A stretch of 64,000 nt of DNA, from NCBI GenBank assembly GCA_013239625.1, contig MU053557.1, positions 7,063 through 71,062 on the forward strand, in the 5' to 3' direction. Below are positions 28,401 to 42,059 of the stretch, one piece after another; the stretch's first letter is position 1, and every line of letters begins with the position of its first letter. The notes below the pieces were generated by a model that was given only the letters and a program-made list of their open reading frames with translations, ran no database searches and was not told the DNA's origin. The stretch is from Lama guanicoe (Eukaryota). A program made the position numbers and the translations under genes.

Positions 28401-31400
28401 CCAAAATAGTGCTGGAGAATCAATCGAACTCTTCAAACGTAGGTCAGAGAAACCCCCGAATATAATTCCAAATAGACAAGGTGAGGGCAAGCCAATTAAA
28501 AAAATCCTTAACGATTAAAACTGCCTTTTAAAACCTTGTCATTGTTAAGTGAGAGGTATTCAGATCCAGGGAAGCGGTACTAATAACTTCCGAGGAATTC
28601 CTAAAGACCTTATGAGGCACTTAATAAATCCGTACAGTTGTGCCTTTTTTCCATGTTGAAAAGCAGCGGAAATGAACAAGTTAAAAGGCATTTTCCTAAC
28701 CCTGACTGCAAATCACAAGCTTGCTGCTGCTGGAAGCCAGCTGGCTGAGTGCCCATTTACAGTAAGCTGTTTACTCCCTGTCTACCAATCACGCCACAGA
28801 GCATGAATGCCTACAGACACAGTCAGCGTGTCTTTTCAAGACAGAGCAGCAGAGTGAGAGGGGTTTATGAGCTTTATTAAATTCTCAGTGGTATTACTTG
28901 GAATACTGCTCCAAATTATTCTAATCTACTTTCCATAACCTCAGCATTTTAAAGTCAAATAACTGCCCTTCAATAGACAATATTTATGTACATAGACTAT
29001 TATAATTTGATATTGTTTTTAACCCCATTTACCACACTCGTGAATACTTCCTCATGTATTGTTCTTGCAACTGTTCATGTAAACATAGTATTCCATCGTC
29101 TGTGTTCCCATCAATGTTCAACAATCATTTTCTTTTTGCTGAACATTTACGTTTTCTATAAATTTTTACTCTTACAATTTATTACAGTTTGTCACACCTT
29201 TGCGGGCATCGTTGCTTAATTCTTTGATAGGAGTATTTTTGTTCTGTCTGTCTATGGTGATAAAGTTTATATATGAAATAGGGGTATGACTTTTATCATC
29301 ACCCAATTGAAACTTTATCACAAATGTATCGCACTATAAAAAATAGAATGCTTCTGAAAACAGATTGTGTGAAACCTTTGGATGATTCTGACAAAATTCC
29401 GGTCAAATTCTAAAGACTTTTGACTTCAAAAAAAATAGACAATCTTAAAATAGCTTATCACTGGAATGGGGGGGATGCCCTCTAATCATTTAAAGTAACT
29501 GTTTAATATCACTTTTAAAGGCTACAATATCCATCTTAAAATGGATTGAACTTAATTAAACTGAAACCTCTGAATAAGCAATTTTCAGCCTGAAGACTGA
29601 AAACAGTATAAGGAAAAAAGGCAAGAAAAGACATAGAATGCCCACAGAAGGAGTAGAAAACAGAAAAAACTGAATTCCCATTATCAGGAGAGAAGTGGGT
29701 AAGAGTAACACAATGATTCCCATAAGTGGCTCCTGCTCTGCCCCCAGAAAGCATGTCTACTGCTTGCCCTCTGAAGAGCCAGCTTTCCCCACCCACATTG
29801 GCTAGTTCAGGCAAAAGCAGGGAACAGATACCTTGTTTTTTGGACCCCTCGTCTGCTACAGCTGCGCGCTCAGTGTCTTCCCAAGGTTACATGCCATCAA
29901 TAATATCAACTGCCACTGAAAACCTCAGACCATAACTTGCACTCAGTGTGTTCAATAAATGCTAAAATGAGCGAAAGACATAGAGGGAATGCCTTGTCAA
30001 CATCGACTTCACCCGAGAATCAAGCCAACAAGCATTTGGAACAAACCCCAGCTCAGAAGGCCCTTGGAAGCAAAAGGACTTTGAAAGCCACGTATCTGTA
30101 GTCAAAAGGTGACCAACTACAGAAATGACAGATTCAACAGCCTCTGTGGAAAGAGCAAGAAGCTAGTAAGACCGCAGAAACATCCGAAGCTAGATATTAT
30201 AAAAGAGACAAAAGCATTACTCTGTAGGACTTGGCTTCTCTAGCTTCCTCCTTACATGCTTCTACAGCCAAGTTTTCAGTAGGTTGCAGAGATATCTTTT
30301 ACTAGGAGCGTACCCTAAACAAATCATCTCATGACAGCCGTTCTCTAGTTCCTCAGTAACTTCACCCCATCCCCAAGCCCAAATGGCAGAGTGAATCATT
30401 TCACTAAATAGAGCATTATTTAGGCTCTCAGAGCTAGACTGTTTCTTTTTTTTTTCTCCCTGTTTCAAGTCCATTTTCCCCAGCTAACTTTACAGTGTTA
30501 GTTCCTGCAACCTTTGGTCCTATAATAATAACTCTTCTGCCATGTCTTTCACTTTTCTGTATTTCTCGTAATTTTCGTCTCTTAAAAAAAAAACCATCAT
30601 GTGCAAATTCTATCCAATAACGTAACTTCCTAATTATCCTATACTACTTGGTAAGATTTCTTTTTTGCAGGGGAAGGGGGAGTTTAGTGTTAATGATCAT
30701 CACACTTGGGTTAAATTTCTCTCTTAGGAGCCCAAACAAGAAAAACATACACAGAGTACCAGGAGTGGTTGTAGGTCAGAGTGCTCATATTACTTCTAAG
30801 ACCTCACTAGAGTTTGAGGTTTAAAGTAGACTTCAATCAGTACTTAAATAAAATCAAATTATAGCTTTGGTATACAAGTTAATCCCTGGAAAGGTTCCAG
30901 ACGCATGGCCTTGAATATTATGTAGTTTTAAAAACAGGATCTCAAAATAATGCTGAGGCAGCAGTGGTATTTCCTCACTGCCTCACTCACTTCTAAACCC
31001 AAAGGCTAAAAATCACCAGCTATTCATTAAAAAGATTGAAAGTTTTACTTTATATATGTAATGTACTTCCTAGTGCATTTCCTACAGGACAGCAAGTGTT
31101 TGTTAATATGTGATAAATAGCTTGATACTAAGATTATGCACAGTACTGACAAAGAAAATTCAAATTTAATGGGTTGATAATTAAACACAGTTCTTGTAGA
31201 AATAGCTCCATTTCTCAGATTTGTAACCTCACTTTCCCTTTGAATTTTAACCAATGGGAAAAAAAAAAACCCAGAAACAAAAAACACTGTTCTGTTCGTT
31301 TAATAAAACAACTCTTCTGTATGACAACATGAGGAAGCTGAAACTGAAGAAAGTCAAAAGATGCTCATTTTGCCTATTAAGTGAAAACTAAAATCCTCAC

Positions 31401-31604
31401 CTTACAGCTGAACTAACAAAGAGGAATTCAGGCAGATACTATGAACTACAAACAGGGGAATGCGATGGATTTTTTCTCTCACCTTTCAGACTAGTACCTT
31501 CAAAACAGCATTTTAAACACAATGAAAAAGAAAACCCTGTGGTAATGAATTAGTTGTCCTCACTGAAAAATACATACCTTCATAATTATAATTGCTGCTC
31601 TTTG

Positions 31605-31607
<3 letters not shown>

Positions 31608-31636
<29 letters not shown>
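31608..31636. repeat. (TG)n microsatellite forming the tail of the adjacent SINE
   Basis: Read directly. Confidence 0.95.
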
Positions 31637-31638
<2 letters not shown>

Positions 31639-31716
31639 AACGGAGGTACTGCGCACCGAACCCAGGACCTGGTGCATGCCAAGCACGCCCTATACCACTA
31701 AGCTGTTACCCTCCCC
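31637..31716 (-). mobile_element. tRNA-derived camelid SINE (vic-1-like)
   Basis: The reverse complement reads ggggagggtaacagcttagtggtatagggcgtgcttggcatgcaccaggtcctgggttcggtgcgcagtacctcc, with A-box- and B-box-like motifs. The family call is from memory. Confidence 0.8.
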
Positions 31717-34155
31717 CGCAACCATTTCTTCTTTTAAGGTGCACATCTACTTCGTACAGTATCCTCTCATCTTCCCCGAAGCCTTCCCTTCCCTCATATA
31801 CTTGTGAACTAAGACTAGTTCTGAAATTCTGGTTAATAGCTAATCAAAAAACCTGAGGCAAACAAGAAAAAACTTAAGCAGATGTTTTCTTGACCAAGTA
31901 TCTATTCCAGCCAGACGAACATCACTTCCTTCACTTGAAAACAGCCCACTTAAGAGGTCTCGATCTTTAGGTTACCGCGTGCTCCTGCGTAGGAAGTTTA
32001 TTTTGCGTAAAGCATGTTAAAATTTGGCTGAGTGGGGCTGGACCACAAGGAAATGAAGGCAGACATCTCTTCATATCCTCTCTTACCAGCGGCTGTTCAC
32101 CACCCCATTCCATAAAACATTTTATGTAACTGTTGGGTTCTACTCTTTCTGCTTCTTTATTCACCTTTTCAAATACTTTGCTGCCATTTTCCAAAACACA
32201 TCACTATTTAACACTTAATTTACAGAGAACTGCCCATCAAAGACCCACGTCAGCTCAGCAGTGAACAGGTCACCGGAGCACCTAAGAACGCAAGGCATGC
32301 TCCAGGACGTCTACATTAACTGCAACTATTGCATACAAGTAAATGACTCAGTTTTGAAGAGGGAAATGCTTAATGACAATGAGATCATGAACCATGAATA
32401 TGACAGCATCCTTTGAACACTTAAGCCGTTACAACCGTCTAATATCTGGTACCATTAAATATTTATGAAAGGAATTCTATTGTGTAAATGTTAGCAAAGA
32501 AATCTGAACACAAGAGCCTCCTAACCATTCTCTTTGCCTTGGTTTTAACCTATTCTAATCCATCCTCTTAAAATATGAGTTTTCAAGTCCTTAGCAGCAA
32601 AATCCTTTCTTTTAAAAAACTAAACCTCTTGCACAACTCCCACTGCTTAAAACAGGTAAAAGTGACATTATACTCATACAGTATGTTGTATACATTCAAA
32701 TTTATAGCATTAATCCATATAGGAAACAGTCAGTGACATGATTGCTTCCTATATGGATTCTCATTGCTTCCTATATGATGAAGGAAACAATGAAATTGTC
32801 TTGCTAAAACCAGTAAAACTGAAATTGGAATCCAGGTTTACCATCAAACTTTATATTCAAACAGAGTTTGCAAACCACTGTCCTAAAACCTCACACTATA
32901 TGATCAGCTACAAATCTCATTTCCAAACCTCTATCAAACCTTCTCCTTATAAAAATAAAGCCCAAACTTTAACACAGCCCATTAAAATGTGGACTGTAAC
33001 ATCTCTCTCACCAATTTCTTACAGGAACTGTCTTCCAGTCAGTATGGGTTCTCATCGTCCCTCAACATGCCAGGTTCATTCATTCACTCACTCATTCAAT
33101 TAACATATATGTTCTGACGGCCTATAATCAGCCTCTAGATTTTTTCTTACTCTGCCCCCTTTTTTTCTGCCTTCAAATCTTCTTCAACTATCCTCAACAA
33201 AAGCTTTTTTCTCTCATTTCCCAAAGTACTCAGTGACCTCTGCCAGTCATGAATCCTGAAGCCTTTATTAATTAACAGACCACACAGTATATATATAGTC
33301 AAGGCTAACAGAGAAATGTAGCAAAGTGCACAACCGTTTCCTTAATCTGGATATTTTTAAAAAATCAAGCTTTTAATTCTATTGAAAAAAATAAGACCCA
33401 TTTCAGAATTTCAAAAAAGAGGGTCTGAGTTTCATGTACTTCACAGAAAAAGCACATACGAATGCATAATTTAAGTAGTGTCTGTGGTTTCAGCCTACCT
33501 TGTTGAGTAATTAAAATCTTAAAAGCCACAGTGTGGCACACTGAAAACCTATTACGTTGCAAAAGAAAAGCCAGATTTTTCATACACCTGATTAAAGCAC
33601 AATTATCCAAAGTATTTTTCATAGCACAATTTTTAATCAAAATTTTGAAAAATATTAAATGCATGATTTCTCATCTCTGCCACTATTTGTGCTTCTAGTG
33701 GCTTGTAAGTGATTCAGTTTTGAAACATGTTTTTTTCTCTGCAACTTTATCAAGCAATTTTTTATAAATTCATAAAATATGCCAGCCTTATTTCAGAAAG
33801 GACTTGAGTCAGCTTTAAAAGACATGCACAATGCAAGGTGGTAACTTTAAAGAGGTTGACGTCTTCAAGCTTTCTCAAGCTTACATTTCTATAGGAGTAG
33901 CGTACTAGACCACTGTTAAATTATTTAGAAACAAAATATTCAACCTACTCTTAGACTTTCAGCTGTCTTTGCTGATTAACTTTAGACTAATCTGAAATTT
34001 TCTACTGCCACATTAAAAGAACAACATCAGGATAAGAATAAAACATACAGGTGTTTAATCACATAGTTGCTAAAACTGGTACCAAGCTTGGTTTAACGTA
34101 TAACATTTAATCAAACATTAATGACATTGCTCCACCTACTGACGTTTCTTTTTCA

Positions 34156-34485
34156 AACTGATACAGACATCTGTGAAAAACCTACAGCTAACAACATACC
34201 TAAACCGCAAGTTTGTCCCCTGAGTTCAGTACCAACACCAGCATGCCCACTTTGACCACTGGTGTGCAGCATTACACTGCAGGTTCGAGCTAGGGCAATT
34301 CGGCAGGAAGCAGAAGTAAAAAGCACCCTGACTGGAAAGGAAAAAATAAAACTATCTCTCCTTGCAGATGACAAGATCTTATATACAGAAAATCTTAGGT
34401 AATCTATCCAAAAAAACCGATTAAAGCTAATAAACAAGTTCAGTTGCAGGATACAAAATAACACAAAAGTCTGTTGCATTACTCT
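34156..34485 (+). mobile_element. Older L1 ORF2 RT fragment (host element, left part)
   Basis: gaaaaacctacagctaacaacata and ctatctctccttgcagatgacaagatc (LADD). It ends at the QKSVAF-equivalent position. Confidence 0.85.
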
Positions 34486-35003
34486 ACAGCCTAAATGTCC
34501 ATTGACAGGTGACTGGATAAAGAAGAGGTGGTATATTTATACAATGGAATACTACTCAGCCATAAAAAACGACAACATAACGCCATTTGCGGCAACATGG
34601 ATGTCCCTGGACAATGTCATTCTAAGTGAAGTAAGCCAGAAAGAGAAAGAAAAATACCATATGAGATCGCACTCCTATGTGGAATCTAAAAAAAAAAGAA
34701 CATAAATATAAAACAGAAACAGACTCACAGACATAGAATACAAACTTGTGGTTGCCAGGGGAGAGGGGCGTTGGGAAGGGACTGACTGGGAGTTTGAAAT
34801 TTGTAGATGCTGACAGGCATATGTAGAATAGATAAATAAAATTATACTGTATAGCACAGGGAAATATATACAAGATCTTTCGCTCACAGCGAAAAAGAAT
34901 GTGACAATGAATATATGCATGTTCCTGAATAACTAAAAAATTGTGCTCTACACTGGAATTTGACACAACACTGTAAAACGACTATAACTCAGTTAAAAAA
35001 AAA
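34486..35003 (+). mobile_element. Younger L1 3' end with A-tail, nested in the older L1
   Basis: Highly similar to 22432-22945. The A-run is at 34995-35003. Confidence 0.92.
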
Positions 35004-36168
35004 TATGGTACTGGCATAAGATCTGACACACAGCCCGATGGAATAGAATTGAGACCCCTGAAATAAACCCACACATTTATGATTAATTGACTTCGACAAG
35101 GGTACTGAAATCATTCAGTGGAGAGAGAAGTCTTTTCAACAAATGGTCGTGGGCCAAGCGGATATTTATATGTAAAGATATACCTCACACCATGCATAAA
35201 AATTAACTGAAATTGGATCAAAGAGTTAAATGTAAGAACTAAGACCATAAAAACCTTACAAGGAAACATAGGTGAAAAGTCTGTGACCTTGGATTAGGCA
35301 CTTTTTAAAAAAGATGTGACACCAAAAACACAAGTAATCAAAGAAAAAAAAAACGGATAAACTGTACTCCATTAAAATAAAAAAACTTTTGTGACTTAAC
35401 ACTATCAAGAAAATGAAAAGACGACCCTCAGAATGGGAAAAAAATGTCTGCATATCATGTATCTGGTAAGGGTCTAATAGTATTCAGAATATATAAAGAA
35501 CTCTTAAAAACAACAATAAAAAGACAACCCAATTAAAAAAAAAAAGCAAAAGATTTGAACAGATCTTTTTCCGAAGATATACAAATGGCCAAGAAGCACA
35601 GGAAACGATGCTCAATCACATGAATCATGTGGGAAGCAAATCAGAACTACAGTGAGATAGCCACACCCACTCACATGGCTGTTATAAAAAAGACAGATGA
35701 TAACAAATATGGGCAATAATTCTAAGAAATCAGAATTCTGAAATGTTGCTTATGGGATTGGAAAATGGTGCAGCCACTGTGGAAAGCGGTTTGCCGATTC
35801 CTCAAAAGGTTAAGGTATCCATTTAGCACTTCTCCTAGGTGTCTACACACAAGACAGAAAACACATGTCCACGCCAAAACTTACACATGAATGTTCACAA
35901 CAGCGTTATTCATGATGACCAGAAAGTGGAAACAACCTAATGTCTCATCAGTTCAGTGAAGGAACAAAATGTGGTACAGTCACATGACGAGCATCATTTA
36001 GTCATACAAAGGAATGAACTACTGTTAAATGTGACAACACAGATGAACCTTGAAAACATACTAAATGAAGGAAGGCGGATACAAAAGTCACTTATTGCAT
36101 ACAATTTATATGAAACTTCCAGCACAGGCAAATACATAGCGGCAGAAAGTAAGATTAAGGATTGCCAA
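35004..36168 (+). mobile_element. Older L1 (L1MB-like) ORF2 end and 3' UTR (host element, right part)
   Basis: tatggtactggcataag (WYWHK), acaaatggccaagaagcac, ggtgcagccactgtggaaa and gatgaaccttgaaaacat. Confidence 0.85.
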
Positions 36169-36266
36169 GGATACTGGTAAACATCCTGCAATAAACGGAA
36201 CATCCCCCAACGACAAAGAATTACTCAGTTCAAAATGTAAATAGGGCTGAGGCGGAAAAGCCCTGT
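36169..36266 (+). mobile_element. MER20 (hAT-Charlie) 3' half
   Basis: ggatactggtaaacatcctgcaat...caaagaattac...aaaatgtaaatagggctgaggcggaaaagccctg. Confidence 0.75.
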
Positions 36267-37019
36267 CCTAAGGTGAAGTGGAATCTATTAAGTAGGAGAA
36301 GATAATCGATCATGCAAGATTACATTAATATCATTTCAAAATATAGTACTCCAAACTTACTAGAGTTCTTATTTTTCATTCATTTTGACAATATCAAATC
36401 ATATGCTGAAGGGGTGTTCACGTATCAGCTTCAACTTCAGAGTGTACCGTAAAGATCACCTATTTTAAGACATCGTGAAGATTCTGCAATTCAAGTAAGG
36501 TTCTTTTTTCTGATTAGAGTTCGACCATATTAGATACAAGGATTTTGGGAAATCTGAATGCCATCACAGTGTTTTTAGAACTTACTTTAGGGAGGTTTCA
36601 TTTGTGGAAATCCCCTTCCTATTGTATATTTACCTCCACTCGCTGGAGAAGATAAGATTATGACTTTGGGGATTGAGATCCAGGACTTCAAAACTGGCTA
36701 GGTGAAAGAAGGCCGTGTGTGCGTCCTGCTGTGGAGACTCTACATGATAACGTGTGTCGCTGCACGAGAGCTGTGAGCACACCGGTCCCTCTGTGTCTTT
36801 TCTACTCTCCTCCCTGGAACTGGAATCTGACCGGTCACTAGTTTTTTTTTACTCTTCCTTGAAAGATGAGATAAAAGGTGTTCACCTTTCAAAGGGAGCT
36901 CCTTTTGGATTAAAGTGTTTGAAAACCATGAACATGGGCATAAATGACTCAATTTGCAAAACAGATGCACTTCCGAATGAAAATTATGAGAAATAAATAA
37001 TTCTGTTTATAGTCCTGTG

Positions 37020-37140
37020 AGGCAGAAAGCACAGACCAGAAGTAATGACCTAGTTTCAAATCCTGGCTCTGCTGAGTTAACATCCAAGTCACTGAATCTC
37101 TCTGAACCTGTTTCCTTATTCCAAAAAACAAGGATAAATT
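37020..37140 (+). mobile_element. MIR fragment
   Basis: ttcaaatcctggctctgc...caagtcactgaatctctctgaacctgtttcctt. Confidence 0.7.
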
Positions 37141-39599
37141 TTAATATCCTCTAAGTACTTCTCCAGATTATGAAGATCAAACAGGAATACAGTTTGCAAA
37201 AGGTCTTAATATTAAGTAATCCCTTGCGTAGTAAGGAATGTATTTCAATGGAGGGTTTTTAAAAATGAACAAAGTTAAAAAATTAATGGAAAAGGAGATT
37301 AAAGTGGAATCTGGCTCTTTGGTTAAGATACTATTACAATATTCACTAACACAGCTCAAGGGATCTTCTTCATAGCGGTCCCTCCAAACCCTCTTCCCCC
37401 AGCTCTCCAAAGAGATGGCGTTTCTGGTAGGCGCTGAAACACAGCACTACCAAGTAGCTCTGAAACACGCTGCAGACACCACCAACTTACTAAGCTTACT
37501 TTCTCTAGCTGTCTTTATGTCATCTTGGGCTGGCAGCCAGAAGCCCATGACAAGGTGCTATCACTGGCACAGTCTCCAGGCTGAGGAAGCCCATTAACTT
37601 TCTTTTTAAAAGACCTACAAGATCTTAACTCTGAGGTGTGATGAGCATTATCCTCATCCTTTCCAAAAATTCTCTACTTATAAATATGTCATAATGATTT
37701 GGTCAACTTTACTTCAAATAAGGGGCGCTAAGTTAATTCTGAGAATCTCTCTTTCGGGAAAAAAAAGGACAATGAATTTCTTAAGCTGCGTATTTAGAGA
37801 AAGGAGCCCTAAGACAAGCAGCCAATACATTAAGGACACTGGCTACAGATCTGTATATCGCAACACACTGGTCCTCCCAGGTTTTAGCAATGATGGGCCG
37901 ATTTAGCTGACGTATACTGGTCTGACTCCAGGCAACTAGTTCTACCCCGACTCAAACACCTACTGACCTGAACAGCTTTATGATGAAAGCCTCAAAGTTC
38001 CCACTTGGAAGTTTTTGCTGACTCTCAAGAATTCAGGAAAATAGCAAGGGAAGAAAAAAAAAAACTCAAGGATAAAGAAAGTGAAATTAGATCTATAGAA
38101 AAGCAACTTATCAGGAACTGTAAGTGGCTGGAAGCTTAGTATCTGAAAGCAACACAGGCAGTCTGACACTAGAGATGTACAGGTTCAGAATAAAGCTGTT
38201 AAAATCTGTCCTTTAAATGTCCATGAATTCTTCAGACCACAGCCGAGTGAAAAAGTCACATGCAAAGCATATGGGGTTATTAATTAAAGTATAGAAATAC
38301 AGGAAACTAAAAGTTTACTGTGAGTCTTACTAAAGGAGTCCTTAATTGGCCAAAGACCAGAAAAGGAAAATCTTTCAGATTTGAGTATTGGTCTTTAAAA
38401 ATAAATATTTTTCTTTTACATTATATGTACATCCACCGTTAAATTACATGGCTACCAGAAGTTACCAAATGAGTAGCACCTTAAATACCAGAGTGAGAAG
38501 TGTTTTTCTTCAAAGAAAACTCAATTTGCATCTTGAAAATAAATTTAAATTCAATTCTCACACTTGTATTCCACTCTGGAAGGTCCAACTAAAGCTCATT
38601 TTTACTGCATAATCTAACATTTCATTAAAAATCATTTTGATTCTCTTCTTGTTTCATATCCGTCTTTTTTTTGGAGTTCTGTTAAGGCTGTAAGTTCCTG
38701 AGCAGGAATCTGGCTTTTCAGAGTCCTGACCAGAACATCAGAGTGCTCAGAAGGCAGAGATCAGTGCTTGATGGCACGTTATCCACAGCAGAAACAGCAG
38801 CTGTGTTGCTCGGGAGTCGGAAAAGCACGGAGCAAAGGACCTGTGGGCCTCGGAGGAAGAGCCCTGAGGACACACCACATCTCTGTCACTTACCAGATGG
38901 GTGTCTTTGGTCAACTTGTTTCACCTCTCTGATCTTTTTTCCTCTTTATCAATAAAGCACTGGTGAATGACATTTTTCTTTTAGCATTATCATTAAAGGA
39001 GATCAAAAATGGAAATGTGTGTATTTTAAGAGTTCTTTGCGATAACTTACCATTGTCCGTGCCACTGTTGCTCGGGTAAAATACTCATCGCATTGTTTCC
39101 TTTCCCAAAGAATCATCTTACCTACCCCCAAACTGCGGAACTGCGCCTCTCCTGCCTCTCCCCGGCCTCTCCTCCTCAGCCCTTAGTTAACACTTATTGG
39201 TAAATTTCAGATCTCCTGCGGCAGCGCCCTGTGTGTTCTAACCCAGCTAGTCACCATCATGCTCATCTAACAAGAGGCTTAAACCTCGCTGGAACTTTGA
39301 GCATGTGAAAGCTTGGGGAGGCTGACACTGACCCACGAGCATCCCCTGAACAGTCATTCAGAAATAGCTTGCTATCATTCTGCTCTGTAAGTACAGCTAT
39401 TGCTCGACTTCTGAACCACACATGCATAATTTAACATACCAGCTTTATTCAATGAGGCAGAGTAGCTCCAGAATACAAAAAAAATTTTCTTTTAGGCACT
39501 TTTGTAACCAATGTTTATTCCAAGTCCTAACCTCAATTTCTGTATTATAGTAAAACTCAAAAAACTGCCTTAATTTTTAAAATAGTTTTAAAAATCTAC

Positions 39600-39960
39600 T
39601 TGGATGGTACCATGAAAAAAACGAAACGTAAGTATTTCACATCCACCAAACTGGCACGAAAGTAAAAGGCTAGCACTACACACGCTGGTGAGAATGTGGG
39701 GCAAAAAGAACAGTATTAACAGCGCTTGGAAACAGCATGGCACAGTCCAGAACCTGTAGATGTGTACACCTGCTGACCTAGTTACTCCACTTCTGCACAT
39801 CGTTCCCAAAAAGCACTCTGACAGTATGTACACCAGGATACATTTTCACAGCAGCATCGTTCAAATTGGCATAAACCCGGGAAAAACCCAAATGTCCATT
39901 TACAGGAGGACAGATAAATGTACTACTTTCATTCAAAGGCATAACATAGCAGTAAACGAA
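39600..39960 (+). mobile_element. Ancient L1ME-like fragment
   Basis: gctggtgagaatgtggggcaa, gttactccacttctg and cccaaatgtccatt. Confidence 0.6.
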
Positions 39961-40518
39961 ATCAAAGGATTAAAAATGTGCGGTGAATCCAAAAGAGGGC
40001 CAGAAAAAGAGACATGAATTCTCCAGTCATGTTTTCATTTACTATCTAGATTGTGCTTCTTTTCCCAAGCTCCTTGGGTCTTCAACGTCCACCTATTTTC
40101 AGAGGCCCCCATCTTGTAACTTGGGATGGCTATCATGGAGCGATGGAAACCACAGATCTCAGTAACGGGATGCTGGCTTGCAGGCAGACGCTGGAGTCAA
40201 CACATTGCCTTGGCAGGCTTCAGGCTGACACCAGGTCAGCAACTATATTTGAATACACTTCTCTAAAATGCTTGTCAGGCCCTCACTCTTTCAGCTAAGG
40301 AAGTCTAGTCATCCCTCCTGCTCTTAAATTGAAGATTTCAGGCATTTTTTGCAGAATATATTGAAAACTGGCCGCACAGATGACACATAGTTTTTAAAGA
40401 AAAAGACAAAAATGCTATTTAATGCTTCTAATATTACTTAGGGCAATTTCAAAACTGTTCCTTTCAAAGACTTAAACCTATGGAAACACTTGGAAGAGCG
40501 AGGGGGAAATTTATGTAT

Positions 40519-40540
40519 ACACACACACACACACACACAC
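40519..40540. repeat. (AC)11 microsatellite
   Basis: Read directly. Confidence 0.95.
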
Positions 40541-40968
40541 GGATGCACACTGTGACAACAGAGTAGCAAAAAGTGAGTTAATCTAAATTCAATGGAAATC
40601 TGGTTAAATATAGTACATTCATTTCGCAGTTAGAAAGAGATTTACTTTGACATAGAAAGATGTCTGTAAAACATTTTTATGAGACATAATTTATATACAC
40701 ACACACATATTTTACAAATTAGAATTTTACTCAAATTTTAAAAAAATATTTTGAAGAGTTAAAGGTCATGCATTTTTATTAACAAGTAAACTGTCAACTT
40801 CTGGAAAGCACAAAAAATTTTAAACCTAGTCAAAAGATTAGCATCTGTTATACTACCATGCTGCCACTTTACAATTTCTGTCAGTCTGTTTCTCTGAGAA
40901 CTGACTATATCAGTTTGCATTATTCACTCAATTGATTTATGAAAGAGGAACAAAAGAGTTAAAAGTAT

Positions 40969-42059
40969 TTTGCACAGCAAAGGAAACCATAAGCAAAACA
41001 AAAAGACAACCTACCAAATGGGAGAAAATATTTACAAAAGATGAGACTGACAAGAGCTTAATTTCCAGAATATATAAACAGCTCATACGGCATAATAAGA
41101 AAAAAAAACCCATTCCAAAAATGGGCAGAGAACGTAAATAAGCAATTCTCCAAGGAAGAAATACAAATGGCCAACAGACGGCATGAAAAAAATGCTCAAT
41201 ATCACTAACTATCAGAGAAATGCAAATCAAAATTACAATGAGGCATCACCTCACACCAGCTAGAATGGCCATCATTCAAAAGTCCACAAATGACAAATGC
41301 TGGAGAGGCTGTGGACAAAAGAGAACCCTCCTACACTGTGGTGGGAATGCAGTTTGGTGCAGCCATTGTGAAAAATAGTATGGAGACTCCTCAAAAGACT
41401 CAAAATAGACTTACCCTATCAGAAGTCCCACTCCTTGGCATATATTTGGAGGGAGCCTTAATTCAAAAAGACACCTGCACACCAATGTACATAGCAGTAC
41501 TATATACAATAGCCAAGACATGGAAACAGCCTAAATGCCCATCGACAGATGACTGGATAAAAGAAGCTGTGATATATTTATACAATGGAATACTACTCAG
41601 CCATAAAAAATAATAAAACAATGCCTTTTGCAGCAACATGGATGGACCTGGAGAATGTCATTCTAAGTGAAGTAAGCCAGAAAGAGAAAGACAAATACCA
41701 TATGATATCACTTATACATGGAATCTAAAAAGAAAAAAAAAACCACAAACTTATTTACAAAACAAAAACCGAATCACAGACATAGAAAACAAACTTATGG
41801 TTACCCGGGGTGGGAATGAGGTGGCACGGAATAAATTGGGAGATCGAGATTTGCAGATACCAACTACTGTATATAAAATAGATAAATAAGTTTCTACTGT
41901 ATAGCGCGTGGAACTATATTCAGTATCTCATGGTAACTTATGGTGAAAAAGAATATAAAAACAAGTATTTATGCTCATGTATGACTGAAGCATTGTGCTG
42001 TACACCAGAAATGGACACAACACTGTAAACTGACTATACTTCAATATATACAGACACAA
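40969..42059 (+). mobile_element. 5'-truncated L1 (ORF2 C-terminus and 3' UTR) with a candidate 8-bp TSD AAAAGTAT
   Basis: ORF fragment [22 protein letters not shown]. aaaagtat occurs at 40961-40968 (preceded by tt, a TT|AAAA site) and at 42060-42067. Confidence 0.9.

Noticed and set aside
31637..31716. tRNA gene
   Set aside because: The cloverleaf is broken, the B-box is degenerate and it has a microsatellite tail, so it is a SINE.
32741..32777. Duplicated 15-mer attgcttcctatatg
   Set aside because: This is an ordinary micro-duplication, and similar ones occur near 1846, 14209 and 48339.
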